A DNA stretch of 64,000 nt. Source: a virus. The stretch lies in IMG/VR virus record IMGVR_UViG_3300044591_002613, one strand, 5' to 3'. The notes beneath the pieces were generated by a model. It made no database searches. It was not told the origin of the DNA and saw only the letters and a program-made list of their open reading frames with translations. This document shows, in pieces, positions 19,756 to 29,202 of this stretch. The stretch's first letter is position 1; every line of letters starts with the position of its first letter. Position numbers and translations under genes: made by a program.

Positions 19756-20376
19756 ATGGGCGTTTTTCAAGAAAAAGAATTTAAAAATGCTTTACTTAGT
19801 GATATTGACGTTGCAAACGAACGCAGAAAAGCCGAGGCAAATGCTCTTCTAGACGGAAAAAGATCTCCTAATTTTCCTAATTACGGTTCTGGTGCCAGAG
19901 CAAAACTTCTTGTTAATGGCAAAACGATTGGTGCAGCTCTTGATGTTAGTTATTCAGTTACTGCAAGTGTAACCGAGGTGAGAACAATTGATCAGTATTT
20001 GCCGTGGGAAATAGTTCCGGGACAAATGTCTATAAAGGCTAACTTAAGAAGAATTGTTGATCCGAATAGATCTTTGGGATCAGATTCTTTATACTCGACA
20101 ATCCAGTCTTACCTCCACCAACCTTACGTATCTATTGAGATTAGAGATAAATTAGGTAATTTGCAATTTTATGCAAAAGGCATGTTTACAGATATTCAGG
20201 CAAATATTCAAGCTGGACAAATGTCTGTTGAAGGCGCAAGTTTTGTTGGGTATTATTGGCGAGAAAACGTTAAACAAGATTACGCTCCGGAAGACCCTGT
20301 TGACAGTGTCGATAGTTTAATTAAAAAGAAATTTACACAGAATTCTTTAGTAAAAAAAGTATCTTCAATATTTTAA
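19756..20376 (+). CDS. Tail tube-like protein 3
   Basis: SGARAKLLVNGK.IG.A.DVSYSV...EVRTID...P.EIVPG resembles tube folds; tail context. Confidence 0.55.
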   Translation: MGVFQEKEFKNALLSDIDVANERRKAEANALLDGKRSPNFPNYGSGARAKLLVNGKTIGAALDVSYSVTASVTEVRTIDQYLPWEIVPGQMSIKANLRRIVDPNRSLGSDSLYSTIQSYLHQPYVSIEIRDKLGNLQFYAKGMFTDIQANIQAGQMSVEGASFVGYYWRENVKQDYAPEDPVDSVDSLIKKKFTQNSLVKKVSSIF

Positions 20377-20386
20377 TGAGAGTTAT

Positions 20387-21400
20387 ATGGTGAATATAAA
20401 TAAAATGATAGCGCCAAAAGGCGGAGGGGGATTGTTTCAACCCGAGTTATTTTATTTTATCAATCCCGCTAATTGGTATAAAACATATCCGTTTGCGTTT
20501 GAAATAGTTGATTCGGAAAATAAATTATTATGTAGGTTTTTCTTACCTATCCCCCCACAAAACTATACAATTCAGGATATGTCTGCTGCTGAGGCTCATG
20601 CGACTATTGGTGGCGTTGTTGAAGAAGTCAATAAGCCCGTTTTTACAATGGCGACTTTAGTAGGAACTACTGGATTATCAATCAACAGTCCTGCTCTTGG
20701 GAATGGAATTGCATCTGATTTAACAATCAATCAAAGAAAAATGTTAGATGAAATTACAAGAACAAATACATTTGCGGGTAAAATCTTATCTGAATTGCGA
20801 AATAATGTATCAGATTTGATTTCTCTCTCTTTTACAGAGCAAGAAACTTCATTACCATACCAAGATGCACCAAGCTCTGTGAATACGCCCTCCGAAAAAA
20901 CTATTACGCATTTGTTCCATGGGGGGAAAACTGGATATTCACCAGAAAGTCGGCTTGAAAAAATGAATCCGTTTAAAAAAATTGAGATTCCAGATACAGA
21001 ATTTTCTAACGGTTGGGCGTGGTCTCAAGCATTGCGGCAATTTTTCTTGATATACCAAAGAGAAAGGTCTTTGAACCCAAGTATTCAATTGTATTTTTCG
21101 GATTATAAATCCCGCACAACATACCGATGTGTACCAAGGTCTGTGCAATTTCAACAGAATGCAAACGCTCCATATTTAATTAATTACACAATTATTTTAA
21201 AATGCTGGAATCTAATAGACGCAAACACTGAATTTGGTGCTCAAAAAGACGTCAATCGGTTTGATACCGACCTCAAAGAAGTTAATACGGCCTCTATTGC
21301 AGGGGTAGTGTCAAAAGTTGGAAAACTTGCTAATAGTCTTAATAGACTCCCTTCAGTAGCAGGTTCTTTTGTTAGGAACTCAACTGGTTCATTTTTATGA
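20387..21400 (+). CDS. Putative tail tube initiator / baseplate protein
   Basis: LPIPPQN.TI...TIGG...E...L.GTTG and NYTIILK pattern; position before the chaperones and tape measure. Confidence 0.45.
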   Translation: MVNINKMIAPKGGGGLFQPELFYFINPANWYKTYPFAFEIVDSENKLLCRFFLPIPPQNYTIQDMSAAEAHATIGGVVEEVNKPVFTMATLVGTTGLSINSPALGNGIASDLTINQRKMLDEITRTNTFAGKILSELRNNVSDLISLSFTEQETSLPYQDAPSSVNTPSEKTITHLFHGGKTGYSPESRLEKMNPFKKIEIPDTEFSNGWAWSQALRQFFLIYQRERSLNPSIQLYFSDYKSRTTYRCVPRSVQFQQNANAPYLINYTIILKCWNLIDANTEFGAQKDVNRFDTDLKEVNTASIAGVVSKVGKLANSLNRLPSVAGSFVRNSTGSFL

Positions 21401-21777
21401 TTCATGATAGCGATCTAGTAATAGATAGCAACATAGAAAAAATAAGAAAAAAAGCTACGGCGTTAAAATACGCCGAAATTTCTTCGTTTGAAGATTCTAT
21501 AAATTTTGTCCGTTATTGGCTCGCCGATTATTATAAAGTGCCGTCAAAATCTCCAATATTTGATGAATATACAGTTGAAGAACTATTTTTTGAATATTAT
21601 TATTTGACCGCCCCGGAGAAAAAGGTCGACTCAGCATCTATGGTCCGCGAATCCGCTAAAGAATTAGCTAGCCTCTTTGACCAAGAGTTTTCCGACGAAG
21701 AGCAAGTCGCTATGGACAAAATGTTTGAAAATGATGTAAATTGGTCGTTAGATGAACTGGAAAAGAAAGGAAAATAA
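21397..21777 (+). CDS. Putative tail assembly chaperone
   Basis: Small acidic helical ORF upstream of the tape measure. Confidence 0.4.
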   Translation: MIHDSDLVIDSNIEKIRKKATALKYAEISSFEDSINFVRYWLADYYKVPSKSPIFDEYTVEELFFEYYYLTAPEKKVDSASMVRESAKELASLFDQEFSDEEQVAMDKMFENDVNWSLDELEKKGK

Positions 21778-21779
21778 TT

Positions 21780-22121
21780 ATGCCAATCGTAAATGGAAAA
21801 GCTGTATTTGATGTAAATGTAAAAGGTGAATTCAGCGGTAGAGTTTACGAAGGAGGCTTTGTTCTGAAACTTTTCCCTACTCTAAAAGACCGCCAACAAA
21901 TTGCGGTAGAATTTAGTAGGCGCAATTTAGGAAACGATTCGGACTACGAAACTCAGCAAATCACAAAAGCAATTTGTGAACTGACTACGTTATGTGAAAA
22001 ATGTCCAGAATGGTTTTCTAAAGATAAAATCTGGGATTTAGTTGATTTAAATCCAATTGTTGCCGTAAGGGAAGGTTTAGAGGCGGCTCAAAATGAGCAT
22101 ATGGAAGCTTTAGATAAATAA
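21780..22121 (+). CDS. Putative tail assembly chaperone
   Basis: Y.G.F....PTL.D...I...P.WF pattern; directly precedes the tape measure. Confidence 0.45.
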   Translation: MPIVNGKAVFDVNVKGEFSGRVYEGGFVLKLFPTLKDRQQIAVEFSRRNLGNDSDYETQQITKAICELTTLCEKCPEWFSKDKIWDLVDLNPIVAVREGLEAAQNEHMEALDK

Positions 22122-22133
22122 AAGAGACTATGA

Positions 22134-25010
22134 ATGGTCCAAAAACGTATAGATCCAACTAGTTCGATTGCCCGTAATTTAAAAGAACGGGCAGATCAAA
22201 TTGCTGCGCAAAATCGACAAGGTTCTCAGCTAGTTGAAACTATCAAAACGTTACAAGGCAATGCAAATCTTCCACAACAACTCAAAACTTCAGTTTTAGA
22301 CGCATCTAAAAATAGACCCGCGTTTTCTGGACTCAATGTTCCTAATTCAGTTAATGCCGTAATTGGACAACAAAATAGGCCGACGATTTATAATTCTTCA
22401 TATAATACTTCTGCCAGCCAAGCAATAAATCGATTCCAAACATCGCTATCCGGTTTAAATCAATACTCCCCATCACATCAAGGTGCGGGCGTTATTCAAC
22501 GACCATTAATGCAAACACAAGGTACGTTTGGAAGCGGAGCGTTTGATCGTAGCCAAATTGCAAATGCACCACAATCAGCCTTGTTTATACAAAAACAAGA
22601 TAGATTAGCTACTTCTACTGATAAATTAACTCAAGCCGTTGAAAAGCTTAACACTAGCTTGTCAAGCTCTGCACGCTCACGAGGAGGTGCAGCCGGTGCT
22701 GGGGGAGGAGATGGTGGAGATGGTGGTGGTTTAGGGGACACCCTTGAAAACCTTGGTACAAAACCTCGTAAAGGTCTTCGTGGGGGAATGGCCGGTCTTG
22801 GTTTGCAAACTGCCGGATCTTTAATTAATTCTGGAATTGACGCATATTTAAATTATCAATCGGAAATGGCCACTGCGGCTACCGATACATATTCAAATAT
22901 GGCCCGCTTGAGTGGGTTTCAGCAAAAAAGATTTTTAAGAAATTTTCAAGATTATAGCGCAGAAGCTTTAGTTTTGCGTTCTCCAGGTTTGGCGTCTACT
23001 GCAGCAACATCTAATTTAGTAGGCAGGATTGATAAGCTAGCGACCGAAAATAAACAAGCCATCGACACTGCTGAAACTCAAAGAGAATTAAAAGATATTG
23101 CTAAAACAGTAATATTCGATAAGGGTTTCAACCCAAAAAACTTGTTAGAAGGTTTTACTAGCGGCGGCCCAAAAGGGGCGGCGCTATCCGTTTTAGCTGG
23201 TGGATTAACCTCTGCGGCTGATATTGCGGCTAACGCGCCGGGCAATAATGTTTTAATGCGCCAAAGTATGACAAAAGATCTATTTGGCGGCATGATGGGC
23301 GACTTGTATCTTAAAAACAGAACTGCTTTCGATACTCAAAATCTTACCGAGCAAATCAGTAAGATGGAAAATGCAGTTCTTCAAAACGAAACTGTAAATA
23401 TTAATAATTTAAATAAATATCTTGGTTCTGTTAATCCGCGTATGGGTGCAATAAAATCTGGTCGTTTCTTTGATGTTTTGGAAGAATCTGCAAAAGGCGT
23501 TACGGCCCCAGGGTATGACCAAGAAGGTGCAATGGTTCGCACTGCGGAACAGCTTCGTGCGCCAGAAAAGAAAGAGTTCGCAAACGTTTTAGGCAGAATG
23601 GGTGTAACTGTAGGTACCGAGGCAAGTGAGTCTGTAATGGCGTCTTTGGGTGCTGTTGGTGGTGCCGGTGCTGGTGGAGTTAAAGCTTCCGATGCTGCTT
23701 CTCTTGAGCGCGTCCGTCGTATGGCTGTGAGTGGTCGTGGAAATGAACAGCAACTGTTAGGACAAGCTTCCCTTTTAGGAAGAATTTCTGGTGGTGTTTC
23801 GGTTGAAGGAAACATCAAAAAGCTAGAAGAAGTGCTTGGCCGTGCCGTTGCTATTGGAATGGATAATAGCGAATTAGGTCAAGCGTTTGTGCAAAATGTG
23901 GCAAATGTTGCGGCACAAATGAAAACCGGCGATATTGATATGGTCTCTAAGCTTGTAGCAAATATGCAAAAAGCTGGGGGTGGCCAATTAGTAGACTTTG
24001 AACGTATGCAACGAAGCTACGGCCAAGTTGATGAAGTTAGAAATAAAAATGTTGGCGTTAAAACATACACACGCGAAAATATGGCAGCATTTTTGGACAA
24101 AGTAGATATTAAAGATAAAGACATTGCATTAAACATTCTAACCGAAAAATTTACTACAAAAGATTTTCAAGTTCTTGGCGATTATGCAAAAAAATTCTCT
24201 GAAACTGGAAAAATAGGTAAAAATGCGCCGAAAGCGGTTCGCGACTTACTAGAAACAGTAGGAAGAGAAAAAGCCGGTTTGTTCACTGGCCAAGCTATAG
24301 ATGATTTGCGCGATTCCATGATTTCTGGACTGGTCATGATGACCATGAAAGAGTTTAGAGAAAAATTTGGCTCAGCAAAAAACATGAGCGAAAAGGCGCT
24401 GCAAGAGTTTAAGAAAGAATATCAACGAGTTCAGGGTGGTTCGGGAGTTGATGCCGAAGACGTAGTTAAGGGGACTAGATCAGATCTTAATCTTGGTGGA
24501 AAAGCATCTAATGATGATGCAGTAAAATCTGCCGACAGAAAAAATGCTTCTGAACAAGCTCAGGCAACAGCAAATTCAGCGGCTGCTATAACTGGAGCAG
24601 TTCAAGCAGGAAAAAGTTTTTTCCAAAATATTTCTGAAGGACGATTAACAACAAGTCAGCTACAAGAGTACAAATCGTTAAAGATTTCAGAAGCTGACAC
24701 AAAGTTAATGGAAAAGCACCAAGAGCTTTTTACTAAAAGTGTTGATCCAAATAAATACTTCCAAGATAAAAAAGTTTCGGACGATGAACGGTTTCAGCTT
24801 ACCGGCCTCCTCAGCTCATTAAAAAAGACAGAGGTTTTAGAAACCGAACTACAGAAAACCCCTGCTACAACAGAACAAATGGCCAAAGGCGCTGTGATGT
24901 CTGGAGAACAAGCTGCAGACATTGGTACTAAATTTGCGGACGCATTTTTTACTAGACTGCAAGGTTCCGGCGGAAAAGTTGTTTTAGAAGTTCCTGCTAA
25001 AAGACCATAA
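22134..25010 (+). CDS. Tape measure protein
   Basis: 958 aa, A/G/Q-rich and helical, lying between chaperones and the baseplate hub. Confidence 0.65.
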   Translation: MVQKRIDPTSSIARNLKERADQIAAQNRQGSQLVETIKTLQGNANLPQQLKTSVLDASKNRPAFSGLNVPNSVNAVIGQQNRPTIYNSSYNTSASQAINRFQTSLSGLNQYSPSHQGAGVIQRPLMQTQGTFGSGAFDRSQIANAPQSALFIQKQDRLATSTDKLTQAVEKLNTSLSSSARSRGGAAGAGGGDGGDGGGLGDTLENLGTKPRKGLRGGMAGLGLQTAGSLINSGIDAYLNYQSEMATAATDTYSNMARLSGFQQKRFLRNFQDYSAEALVLRSPGLASTAATSNLVGRIDKLATENKQAIDTAETQRELKDIAKTVIFDKGFNPKNLLEGFTSGGPKGAALSVLAGGLTSAADIAANAPGNNVLMRQSMTKDLFGGMMGDLYLKNRTAFDTQNLTEQISKMENAVLQNETVNINNLNKYLGSVNPRMGAIKSGRFFDVLEESAKGVTAPGYDQEGAMVRTAEQLRAPEKKEFANVLGRMGVTVGTEASESVMASLGAVGGAGAGGVKASDAASLERVRRMAVSGRGNEQQLLGQASLLGRISGGVSVEGNIKKLEEVLGRAVAIGMDNSELGQAFVQNVANVAAQMKTGDIDMVSKLVANMQKAGGGQLVDFERMQRSYGQVDEVRNKNVGVKTYTRENMAAFLDKVDIKDKDIALNILTEKFTTKDFQVLGDYAKKFSETGKIGKNAPKAVRDLLETVGREKAGLFTGQAIDDLRDSMISGLVMMTMKEFREKFGSAKNMSEKALQEFKKEYQRVQGGSGVDAEDVVKGTRSDLNLGGKASNDDAVKSADRKNASEQAQATANSAAAITGAVQAGKSFFQNISEGRLTTSQLQEYKSLKISEADTKLMEKHQELFTKSVDPNKYFQDKKVSDDERFQLTGLLSSLKKTEVLETELQKTPATTEQMAKGAVMSGEQAADIGTKFADAFFTRLQGSGGKVVLEVPAKRP

Positions 25011-25019
25011 AGGTGCATT

Positions 25020-26882
25020 ATGACTACGAGCAACGTTTCTCATGACATAGCCCTTATCCATTATGGTTGGAATGATTTTATTCCAGAATTTAATTATTTA
25101 GAAGAAAGAAGACTGGTTCGTGAAGGATTAACTTACGTTTCTTTTACAAGAACAAAAAATATTGGAAACATATTAAATTTAACATTCACCGGTAAATTAC
25201 CAGATTTATATGTTGGTGATTGGTTAGTTTTAAAAACTACAAGCAATGGTCGTTTTTCCGAAGACGAAGATAGTTCAGAATTTTATCTAAAAAAAGGATT
25301 AGTGAGGTTTATTGGCCAAATCTACAACGTTAATTCGCAATATAACGTTGATGCAGACGGTATTTTACGAAAAACTTTTAACATTTCTGTTCGTGAGTGG
25401 TCGCATTGTTTGAATATTCCCGTGAGGTATAGCGACCAAATTCGTCTTTTAAGTCTTAATGAAGAATCTCAAACTCAAGAATTAAAAAAAATTATATCTC
25501 AAGAAACTGCCAAAATACAAAACCCGCAAATTAGAAAGTTTGTCGATAGTGATTGGAAAGAATACCTTTCAACACGCAAACCAGCATTTGAAATTATTAA
25601 AAATATTTTAACTATGATTGGCGTAAGATCTTATGCTCTTTCGGAAAGAAAAGAACAATCTTGGATTTATTTGACAACAAGTCAACTACCATCAATTCCC
25701 GCTCAAATTTATGAAGATCATATTTTTAAATATCAAGAAGAAAAATACGAAGCTGATTTTCCATTTAATACGGGATTCATGGAAACTCTAGTTGGCCCAC
25801 AACAATGGGGAACAAATGCTCAGCTAGGGGCAAATGATTTTTTCTCTTCAAAGGCAATATTTGATATTGTAAATAAAAACGCAAATCGGCCAGTTACGTT
25901 TATTAGTCCAGCTGAGTATTCAAAGGGCGACCCATTCCCAGAACTTGTAAAATCAATTTTGGATTCTGGCGGAGAATACGAAATTTATTCTGACATGTTA
26001 TATATTGCAAATTCTAATAATGGTTCGTCAACCAATTTATGTAAACCAGTTTTCATCGTTAGAGACAAACCTATTTCTTTTAAGGCATTGCAAAATTCTA
26101 ACGATATTAAAGATTACAGAGAAAGCGAAAAAGATTTTGGCTTTACGTATAAAGACGATGTTCCAAGAATCACCATTCCGCTAAACCACGTTTTATCTTT
26201 ATACGTTTCTTATACAAGCCAAGAAACATTTAATTATTTACAATTTAATCCAAAGGCGAAAGCATTTATAGAAACATATGCTCAATCGGTTGCATACCGA
26301 GAAGGTCGGTATAAAGACGTCCAATCTCAAAAAAGGTTTGGTGGGCAGGAGTATTTTGCCTCAATTGGCGAATTTATTTCTGCACCTAAAGAAGAACCTG
26401 CCGAAGCGCCGCCCACATTAAAACGAACTGAAAAGAAAGATAAACAAAATCCAAAAACTAAGGTGGGTTCAGAGCCAGAAGCTAAGAAAAATGGCGCACT
26501 TTCTGTTGATTGGTTTAGAGCATTAACTCAAAAATATAGATATTATATGCCTATTAAACACGCAATGCCCCATGTTAATGTGCAAATCATTGATAAGGAC
26601 TTTCCATTAACTATTGGTTTAATGGTTCGCATCGAGCTGGGAGAAAACAGGCCAACCATTTGTGGAGAAATTCAAGAAATTTCTTATACAACAAATATCA
26701 ATGGCGAAGGTAAAATTTCTAATCAAACTTATGTAAAACTTATAGATTTGTTAATGGAAAATCCAGAAAATCCAAGTGAGCTAATTATTATTCCAAAACA
26801 ATTTTCACAAACATTATTTATTGATACTACTCAATATAATGCAGAAAATTACTCTTTCTTAAACATTAAAAGAGAGAATTAA
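25020..26882 (+). CDS. Putative baseplate hub protein
   Basis: Position between tape measure and spike; RFIGQI..V, R.KP, ..KRFG, G.I..I.Y pattern. Confidence 0.55.
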   Translation: MTTSNVSHDIALIHYGWNDFIPEFNYLEERRLVREGLTYVSFTRTKNIGNILNLTFTGKLPDLYVGDWLVLKTTSNGRFSEDEDSSEFYLKKGLVRFIGQIYNVNSQYNVDADGILRKTFNISVREWSHCLNIPVRYSDQIRLLSLNEESQTQELKKIISQETAKIQNPQIRKFVDSDWKEYLSTRKPAFEIIKNILTMIGVRSYALSERKEQSWIYLTTSQLPSIPAQIYEDHIFKYQEEKYEADFPFNTGFMETLVGPQQWGTNAQLGANDFFSSKAIFDIVNKNANRPVTFISPAEYSKGDPFPELVKSILDSGGEYEIYSDMLYIANSNNGSSTNLCKPVFIVRDKPISFKALQNSNDIKDYRESEKDFGFTYKDDVPRITIPLNHVLSLYVSYTSQETFNYLQFNPKAKAFIETYAQSVAYREGRYKDVQSQKRFGGQEYFASIGEFISAPKEEPAEAPPTLKRTEKKDKQNPKTKVGSEPEAKKNGALSVDWFRALTQKYRYYMPIKHAMPHVNVQIIDKDFPLTIGLMVRIELGENRPTICGEIQEISYTTNINGEGKISNQTYVKLIDLLMENPENPSELIIIPKQFSQTLFIDTTQYNAENYSFLNIKREN

Positions 26883-26884
26883 TA

Positions 26885-28420
26885 ATGTTGTGTTTAGGTG
26901 AAATAATTGAATCATATCCACCAAATGATCCAAGGAACCTAAATAAAGTTCGTACAGAGTATCTTGTCCGCTCTGTTTCACCAAGCGGCGCTATGACTAC
27001 TTATAACAATTGTATTATTATGCAAAATGTTGGCGGGGTGGACGATTTTTCTGAACTTGTTGTACAAACAACTTCAAATGATGCCCAATCTCCATATTTT
27101 GAAGAATATCCAGTTGGTGCTGGCAGTACAGTAGATACTGATGTTTCTAAACAAATTAAAAGAATTGGCGCAAGATGCGTGCTCAGTTTTATGGGCCCAA
27201 ACGAAACACTTCCTATTATTATTGGTTTTTTGCCATTTGAAATTTACAGCAAAGACGGTGAAGAGCTTCTACAAAATGTAGAAAAAAACGAAGACCAAAT
27301 ATTAAACAGGCCAATTAATCTTGAGCGCATGGGCCCAATGTGGCGTATGCGCATGAATGGTGTTAATTTGCATATTGACGAACTTGGTCAATATCGTATT
27401 CAGCACACTGGTATGCCAAACGTTGCCCTCCAAGATGGATATTATGGATATACTGAATGGGGCGATTCTGCTCTTACTACAAGTTTAGATTTTTTGCAAA
27501 ACGGTGAATTTAGAATTGTTGACGGCCAGCAGCAAGGATTGGTAATTAACCCCGACAAAAAATATATTAGTCTTAATAATACAACCGAAATTCCAAATGC
27601 AGAATATGATCCTCTAGAAGAAGTTTTAATTCATGAACCGCAAGAGGACTCCCTCTCCCCCCTGGGGGAGGAGGTTCGCCTTGACAAAGAAAACAAAGCT
27701 CTTATTTTAAGGTCGTCGGGAACATTTTTAAAACTCATTGGTGATAATGCCAAGGAGATAATTTTTGGAAATGAAGAAAGAACCGTACAGAAGAACAAGA
27801 TCGAGACTATCGTAGAAGACTCGCAGATAAAGATTGGCAAGAACGGTGTTATGAACGTTGCCAAGAACTACTCGGTGAGTGTAGGTGACACGTTCGCTCT
27901 TACTTCTACACAGGGAACCCAAGCGCTGATAATGGATTCTACAAAAGGAAAAGAATCGATCTTCCTAAATCATAAAACTGGCGCACAGTTGGTTATGGAC
28001 AAGGACGGTTCGGTTAAACTGACGGCTAAAGATGGCTCGTTTTTATTCTTCGATGCCACCACGGGTGCTGCAAGCATAGTAACAAAAGCGGGGGATGTGA
28101 TATCCGCTAATGAAGGAATTGTAATTTCTGACTCGGCTGGTACTGAGCTACTCAAAATGAAAGACGGCAAGATTGAAATTAGTGCCAAACAAGACGTCGT
28201 AGTATCTGCTACAAATGTATCTGTTAACGCAGGTAGCGTTTCTTTGGGTGCGGGAGCAGCTCTCAGCGCAGTATTGGCAGAAAAGCTAGTAGCAGCGTTC
28301 AACATGCATCTCCATCCAACGCCAACAGGCCCATCAGGGCCTCCTGTAATGCCACTCTTAGCAAGCGGCTCTCCCGCACCAAATGACATTGCCAGTGGCA
28401 GCGTCAAGTTAAAGGCTTGA
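26885..28420 (+). CDS. Baseplate central spike (gpV/gp5-like)
   Basis: OB-like N-terminus (IG.RCV..F......PIIIGF), beta-helix repeats, C-terminal FNMHLHPTPTGPSGPP metal-binding HxH. Confidence 0.7.
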   Translation: MLCLGEIIESYPPNDPRNLNKVRTEYLVRSVSPSGAMTTYNNCIIMQNVGGVDDFSELVVQTTSNDAQSPYFEEYPVGAGSTVDTDVSKQIKRIGARCVLSFMGPNETLPIIIGFLPFEIYSKDGEELLQNVEKNEDQILNRPINLERMGPMWRMRMNGVNLHIDELGQYRIQHTGMPNVALQDGYYGYTEWGDSALTTSLDFLQNGEFRIVDGQQQGLVINPDKKYISLNNTTEIPNAEYDPLEEVLIHEPQEDSLSPLGEEVRLDKENKALILRSSGTFLKLIGDNAKEIIFGNEERTVQKNKIETIVEDSQIKIGKNGVMNVAKNYSVSVGDTFALTSTQGTQALIMDSTKGKESIFLNHKTGAQLVMDKDGSVKLTAKDGSFLFFDATTGAASIVTKAGDVISANEGIVISDSAGTELLKMKDGKIEISAKQDVVVSATNVSVNAGSVSLGAGAALSAVLAEKLVAAFNMHLHPTPTGPSGPPVMPLLASGSPAPNDIASGSVKLKA

Positions 28421-28424
28421 CGTT

Positions 28425-29021
28425 ATGCCATCTAGTTTAGTCTATACATATAAAGTTTATAAAGACGACAAATTAATCTCGGAAAAGTCTTTTAGCGTCC
28501 CCATCCCAGAATTGCCCGTCCCTAGCTTTGGTATTAGCCTTCCAAGTTTGAGTTTACCAGAGCTGCCAGAACTGCCTAAATTGCCACAAATAGATATACC
28601 AGCTATACCCAAAATGCCGGGTATGCCAAAAATGTCTATGAAAGGGATTGGAATAGACGCAAAGATATCTGCAATTACAATGCCACCAATTCCAGATTTG
28701 CCATCACCAAATTTGCCAATTCCACCTCTAGGGCTATCACTGCCTAGTCTGTCTATACCCGAACTGCCAGAATTACCAAAATTGCCAGAAATACCGACAC
28801 CTAATCTGCCAAAGATGCCCGGTATGCCGAAGATGTCTGCTATTGCAGTTCCACCTCTACCCCCGTTGCCATCATTGGATTTGCCGATTCCGTCTTTTGG
28901 AATATCGTTGCCTAGTTTATCTTTACCGGAATTACCAGAAATGCCAAAATTGCCAAGTATAGACATTCCGTCTTTACCTGGTTATAGATTTACTCAATCT
29001 AAAACTGTTAAGAGCAGTTAA
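28425..29021 (+). CDS. Proline-rich repeat protein
   Basis: Three copies of P(S/P)(F/L)G(I/L)SLPSLS(L/I)PELPE(L/M)PKLP and two of PKMPGMPKMS. Confidence 0.7.
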   Translation: MPSSLVYTYKVYKDDKLISEKSFSVPIPELPVPSFGISLPSLSLPELPELPKLPQIDIPAIPKMPGMPKMSMKGIGIDAKISAITMPPIPDLPSPNLPIPPLGLSLPSLSIPELPELPKLPEIPTPNLPKMPGMPKMSAIAVPPLPPLPSLDLPIPSFGISLPSLSLPELPEMPKLPSIDIPSLPGYRFTQSKTVKSS

Positions 29022-29022
29022 T

Positions 29023-29202
29023 CTAGCGGTGGGACTTTTTAGGTTGGCATCTAATCACATTAGGGTGAGCCGAAATAACTTTTTTAATCATATTTTTTTG
29101 AATCACAACTATACGTTTACATTCAATAATCTGTTCTTTTGATTCCGAGGCTACAGCGACACTCGTCAGTAATAGCCCCGAAATCAAAACAAACAGTTTC
29201 AT
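29023..29202 (-). CDS. Small secreted protein (59 aa, missing from ORF track)
   Basis: MKLFVLISGLLLTSVAVA-SESKE signal peptide; ATGA overlap with the upstream stop. Confidence 0.55.
   Translation of the reverse strand: MKLFVLISGLLLTSVAVASESKEQIIECKRIVVIQKNMIKKVISAHPNVIRCQPKKSHR

Noticed and set aside
28457-28966. 169 aa Gly-rich antisense ORF
   Set aside because: Mirror of the Pro-rich repeat gene on the + strand.
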